From Bilabrum cf. latius (lineage: Eukaryota), in contig OZ237756.1 of NCBI GenBank assembly GCA_965178125.1, positions 682,001 through 746,000 of the forward strand: DNA of 64,000 nucleotides. The letters are read 5' to 3'. Positions 59,900 through 64,000 of the stretch are shown here, in pieces. Below the pieces are notes generated by a model. It was not told the origin of the DNA and ran no database searches. It was given only the letters and a program-made list of their open reading frames with translations. The position numbers and the translations under genes were made by a program. Position 1 is the stretch's first letter, and every line of letters begins with the position of its first letter.

Positions 59900-62800
59900 A
59901 TGCCGCCGCCTTCTTCCAACGGGGACGAGAACCGGATTAGGCGGATTCCCAGCCTGGTGATCCATGAACAGTACAGGCAGCAACGGATGGACATAAACCG
60001 TACCGTTCAAAACGCGCGCGCCCGAGCGTCGCCAGTAGAACGTGTCGTGCCTACCACCACGGAAGAGACGACCGTGCATGATGGAAGCGGACCAGCCAGC
60101 AGCGAGCTGGCACCCATGGCATCGCACTCATCACACTCTTCTCCATCAAATCGCCTCACAATTTCAACCGACGCGGCCGGGTCATTCCCAGAACTACCAT
60201 CCTCCGCTGCATCACCGATGGCCGGAGCAGGTGGCGGCAGGGGCAGCGGCAGTCGTGGGAACAGGGTCTCCCCACTGGTGGGCGCAGGGGCAGTAGCTCT
60301 CGCATTCGCCTCGTCCTCCTCACCCCCGTCCTTGTCGTCGTCGAGGCACTCGTCACACTCATCGCCGACGTCTCCCTCTGTTGGTTCGGTGGCAGTCGGC
60401 CGGTCAGCTCGACTGCACCGGGGGCGCTCATTTGGGCACAGCAGCAGCAGCAGCAGAGGGGGAGGGGGAGGGGGCGCCAAGTAGACGCCCGGAGCAGCCG
60501 CAAACAGGCCGCCGCCACACGCCCACAGAAAGGCATCATCGCCTCTAGCGCGGCCGATCGCTCGCCCTGAACCTGGCTCGGCGCAAGAATGGATGGTCGC
60601 AGAGGGCGAAGTGCCGCCCCTTGTCACTCGTCACACCGATGCGGGCCGACTGACGGGACGAGCATCCAGCGGGTCCGTGGCCGTAGTCGGTGGAAGGAAG
60701 AAAAAGCCGACCGGTGCACTCTCAGTGCGTGAGAAACTCAGGCGCGCGGTGGGTGGAATCATCAAGACCAAGCGGAGAGCCAGGGGGGGAGACAGCTACA
60801 TGCAGTGGTGCGAGGATTCATCGCTGGCGGCGTTTGTGGCGGCGCAGGCCGCCAGCCAGCTTCGGCCGGAGCCAACTCTACTCAGGGCACAGCAAATGGC
60901 CAGCTCAACGACCTCCGACGGCCGCACGAGCACGAGCGGAGCCAATCGCACTTCCACCAGTACCAGTACCAGTGACAGCGACAACAGGAAACCAAAGAGG
61001 CGATCCAAAGGCAAGTCCGCGGTGGTAGAGGTTAAAGAGCGCTGTGGATCGATCGGCTCGGTGGGGGGCGGTACGTCTACCAAGGTACACGCTACAAAGC
61101 ACAAGAAACCCTCGGCGGCTCTCGAACTCCGGCACTTCGAGATGGGCTCCAAGCGATCGTCCGCGCTAGCGTAGGCCCTCAAGTCTGCCTCCAGCAGCCT
61201 CCGCGCTGCAGTCCTCAGCGGCAACAGGCTAAACGCCGCTGACGTCATCGATCTCAGTCAGGGGCTGCTGGAGCACAAGAGGCTGAAAGAGCTGGATCTG
61301 TCCCGAAATGACTTGAGCGAAAGCTCGCGAAGCCTTGTGGGCGTGGTTGAGATGGCAAAGAGGGCGAGCAGCGGTGCCAGCGGAATCCCATCCTCTGTAG
61401 GGGAGGCAATCGGCAGGGTGATCAAGGCTTGCCCAAAGCTGGTTCTAGTCAGGTTGCAACGGTGCGGCCTGTCTGCACGGGCGGTAGGGCATGTTTGCTC
61501 CGCTGCGGCTTCATCCAAATCGCTCAAGCTGCTCGACTTCAGAGGCAACTCGATCGGTCGGCATTTCATGAGCGCGTCGGGCGAAGCAGAGCTACGGGCT
61601 GCGTTTGCCCACCTGGGTACGTGCAAGCGCCTCAAGTACCTGGATCTATCGAGCAATGAGATTCAGGGCGCGCAGTGGACTGGCATGATTCGAGCGTGGT
61701 ACGATGCCCCATCGCTTCGAGAGCTCGACATTTCTGGCAACATGCTGGACGTGCAGTCATGCTGCGCCCTGGCAAGAGGGCTCAACAGTGGCGCAATGCG
61801 GCTCAGGTCAATTGCGATGGTTAGCTGTGCTCTAGATGAAGGCCTATCTGTAATAGTAGCATCGGGCGTGGCCGGCTCCAGGTCGCTCAAGAGAGTCACG
61901 CTTGACGGGAACAGGGTGGGTTCCCTTGCCGCGGCTGGCCTTCTGCTGTGGTCACTCGAGGACCCAGGGAACAAGCCCAGGCTAGTGAGTCTGCTGGACT
62001 GCGGTGTGACGAACGCGGTCAAGGAGTCGAGCCAGCTCTGGTGGATCCCGCCACCGCCCAGCTCCACCATGCCGCTCCCAGGACTGGGCGAGTACAAGAC
62101 CGCATCTGGAGTGGATGTCGACGATCCTGTGGGCCCTTACGAGCTGTGCCTGGCCCATCCCGTGCAGCGAGCCATGGCAAGGCTGCTGGCCATGATTTGT
62201 TCCATTTGGGAGCCCTACACGGTGGAGCAAGTAGAGTTCTTGGATCGATCGAAGGACGGGGCAGGGACACCTGCAGGGATCAAAGAGGCACTCGAGTCCG
62301 TAGCTGCCGGTGAGGGTGCTGGTGAGGGTGCTGGTGCACCCGTCCGACAGGCATCCATCACTTCCGACCGTGCCCGGATCGATTCGATCCTGAGTCGCAC
62401 CGAGCTATCGGAGCCCATCGCGAGTCTCGACACACAGTAGTAGCTGCTGAATGGCCTGCAGCGGGCTCGTGCCAGCGTTTCATCGAGCGGTGGAGCTGCG
62501 CCCAAGCTCAAGATCGGTCCGGTGGTGCGGGTCACTGTCGGCTGCACGCCCAAATACTCGGGTCACGGGGCGGAAGAGTCCCCGCAGTGCAGTGCACCCC
62601 ACGTGGACTACGTGCTGAGCGCCCTCGAGACGATCGTGGAGGCGAGCTGCTTCACGGAGGAGGAACGAGCGTGGGCGGCGGGGATGGTGTGCAGGGCGGC
62701 ACTCTTCACCACGGAGCAGGCGAAGCGTCTGCTCGAAATCGTCACGATGTCAGAGACCGACAAGGTGCCCTGGAAACAGGGGTCCGGGCCCAAGCGGACC

Positions 62801-64000
62801 ATGGCATCCGCGCCCTCTCGCAGCACTCACGGAGCGTATCGGCTGCAGATGCTCCGCCAGCTCTGCTCGAGGGTGAGCGGCGCCGCCGGCGGGTTTGCAC
62901 TCCTGCACGAAGTTTGTTCCCTGGACGAGAGGCGGGCACTGTACAGCAGCCTGGGCTAGCTGATCGCCTTCTAGCCGGGCAATGGCACGGGAAGGTACAG
63001 GCTTCGGCTGGCCAACAGGAACGACACCGCTCTGCTGGACCTGCTGATCGGCTGCGACACGCTCTGCAGGCGATGGAGGCAGGAGCAACCGCCCGGCCAC
63101 GTCTGCTTTGACACTAGTCGTTACGGCGACGGATCCTGTTTTAGGAATGTTCTGCTCGACGGCAGGCCCTACCGCATGCCGGCTTGCTGCACCACAGAGC
63201 AGATCGAGGCGGCTGGAAGCGAGCTGCAGTTCGACTTCGTGAACATCTCCAGGCCGAGGAGGGATGCGCCCGTGTTCGACGACGTGCAGTCGCTCGAGCT
63301 GTTTGCTGGTCTGCATGCTCTGCTGCAGTGCGATGCATCTAAGGAGCAGCTGAACCTCGCCCTGGTTAGGGCGCACAACGTCATCCGGTCCGGGGCCCCC
63401 GTTGGCACGACGACGTTGGCAGCCGGCCATGGAGCCGGAGGAGCAGCTGCTGCTGGCTCTCACTGGGACGGTGGCATCGGCCTAACGGTATCATCCACGG
63501 CGACGACTGTTGGCTAGTCATCCCGCGCTGCCGAAGATACGACCGCTCTGCTTGAGGACCCCGTGTCCATCCGTCGATTTGACTTGCTCGCGTCTCTGCC
63601 AGCACCCCAGCTCATATCCGAGTAGCAGGCTGGGCTGATCAAGGGATGGTACGACGTATACCACGAATCAGAGGACAGGGGAACGCAGTTTAGCAAGCTA
63701 AAGGAGATGCTTCCTTGCACGGTGCAGCACAGGCAAGATGCTGTGCGGTACCTGAAGCGGCTTTCGGCTTCACGGGAGCGGTTTCAGTCGCACTCAAGCA
63801 GTACATCAACGGAGAGCCAGGGGCCTAGAGCCTACAAGCAGTACGCATTTAAGCAATTTCACGCCCCCGTATCCAGGTTCGAGCTATCGTCGGGTATGGG
63901 GCCAGTAGACCCTGCATCCAGGGTACGCAGGGGCAGCACCAGTGGCAGCGGTAGCTCGCGAGGCAGGAGTGCATCCTCGCCTTCTTTATTGACGCAGCCG
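59900..64000 (+). CDS. Large protein with Ser-rich N-terminus and RNI-like LRRs (runs off the window)
   Basis: Five ORFs in the same frame joined by TAG; LKELDLSRN, LKYLDLSSN, LRELDISGN. Confidence 0.78.

Noticed and set aside
1-64000. Naming the host as Cafeteria or another taxon
   Set aside because: No marker gene in the window; the architecture is similar but the code differs from what I know for Cafeteria

Overview
Eukaryotic (protist-like) genomic DNA in which TAG reads as a sense codon, most likely Gln, while TAA and TGA remain stops. This applies to both host and viral genes, so the supplied standard-code ORF track fragments most real genes. The GC-rich host DNA carries AT-rich endogenous virophage / Polinton-like elements. 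Element B (12096-28886, ~16.8 kb) looks complete, with ~0.9-1 kb TIRs, a GGGCC target-site duplication, and genes for packaging ATPase, adenain-like protease, penton, major capsid, protein-primed PolB, SF3 helicase and rve integrase. Element A (3526-8250) is an inverted partial sibling of B. Element C (<1-3525) is a different virophage-like element apparently nested inside A. The remaining host DNA is rich in duplications and transposons: two FG-GAP membrane-protein genes, a PINK1-like pseudokinase-ARM gene with a truncated ARM copy, a DIRS/Ngaro-type retroelement remnant, a hAT-type element carrying an OTU fragment, LINE/RLE remnants, tandem arrays and a large LRR gene. All translations were done by eye with TAG=Q; family names come from motif recognition, not database searches.
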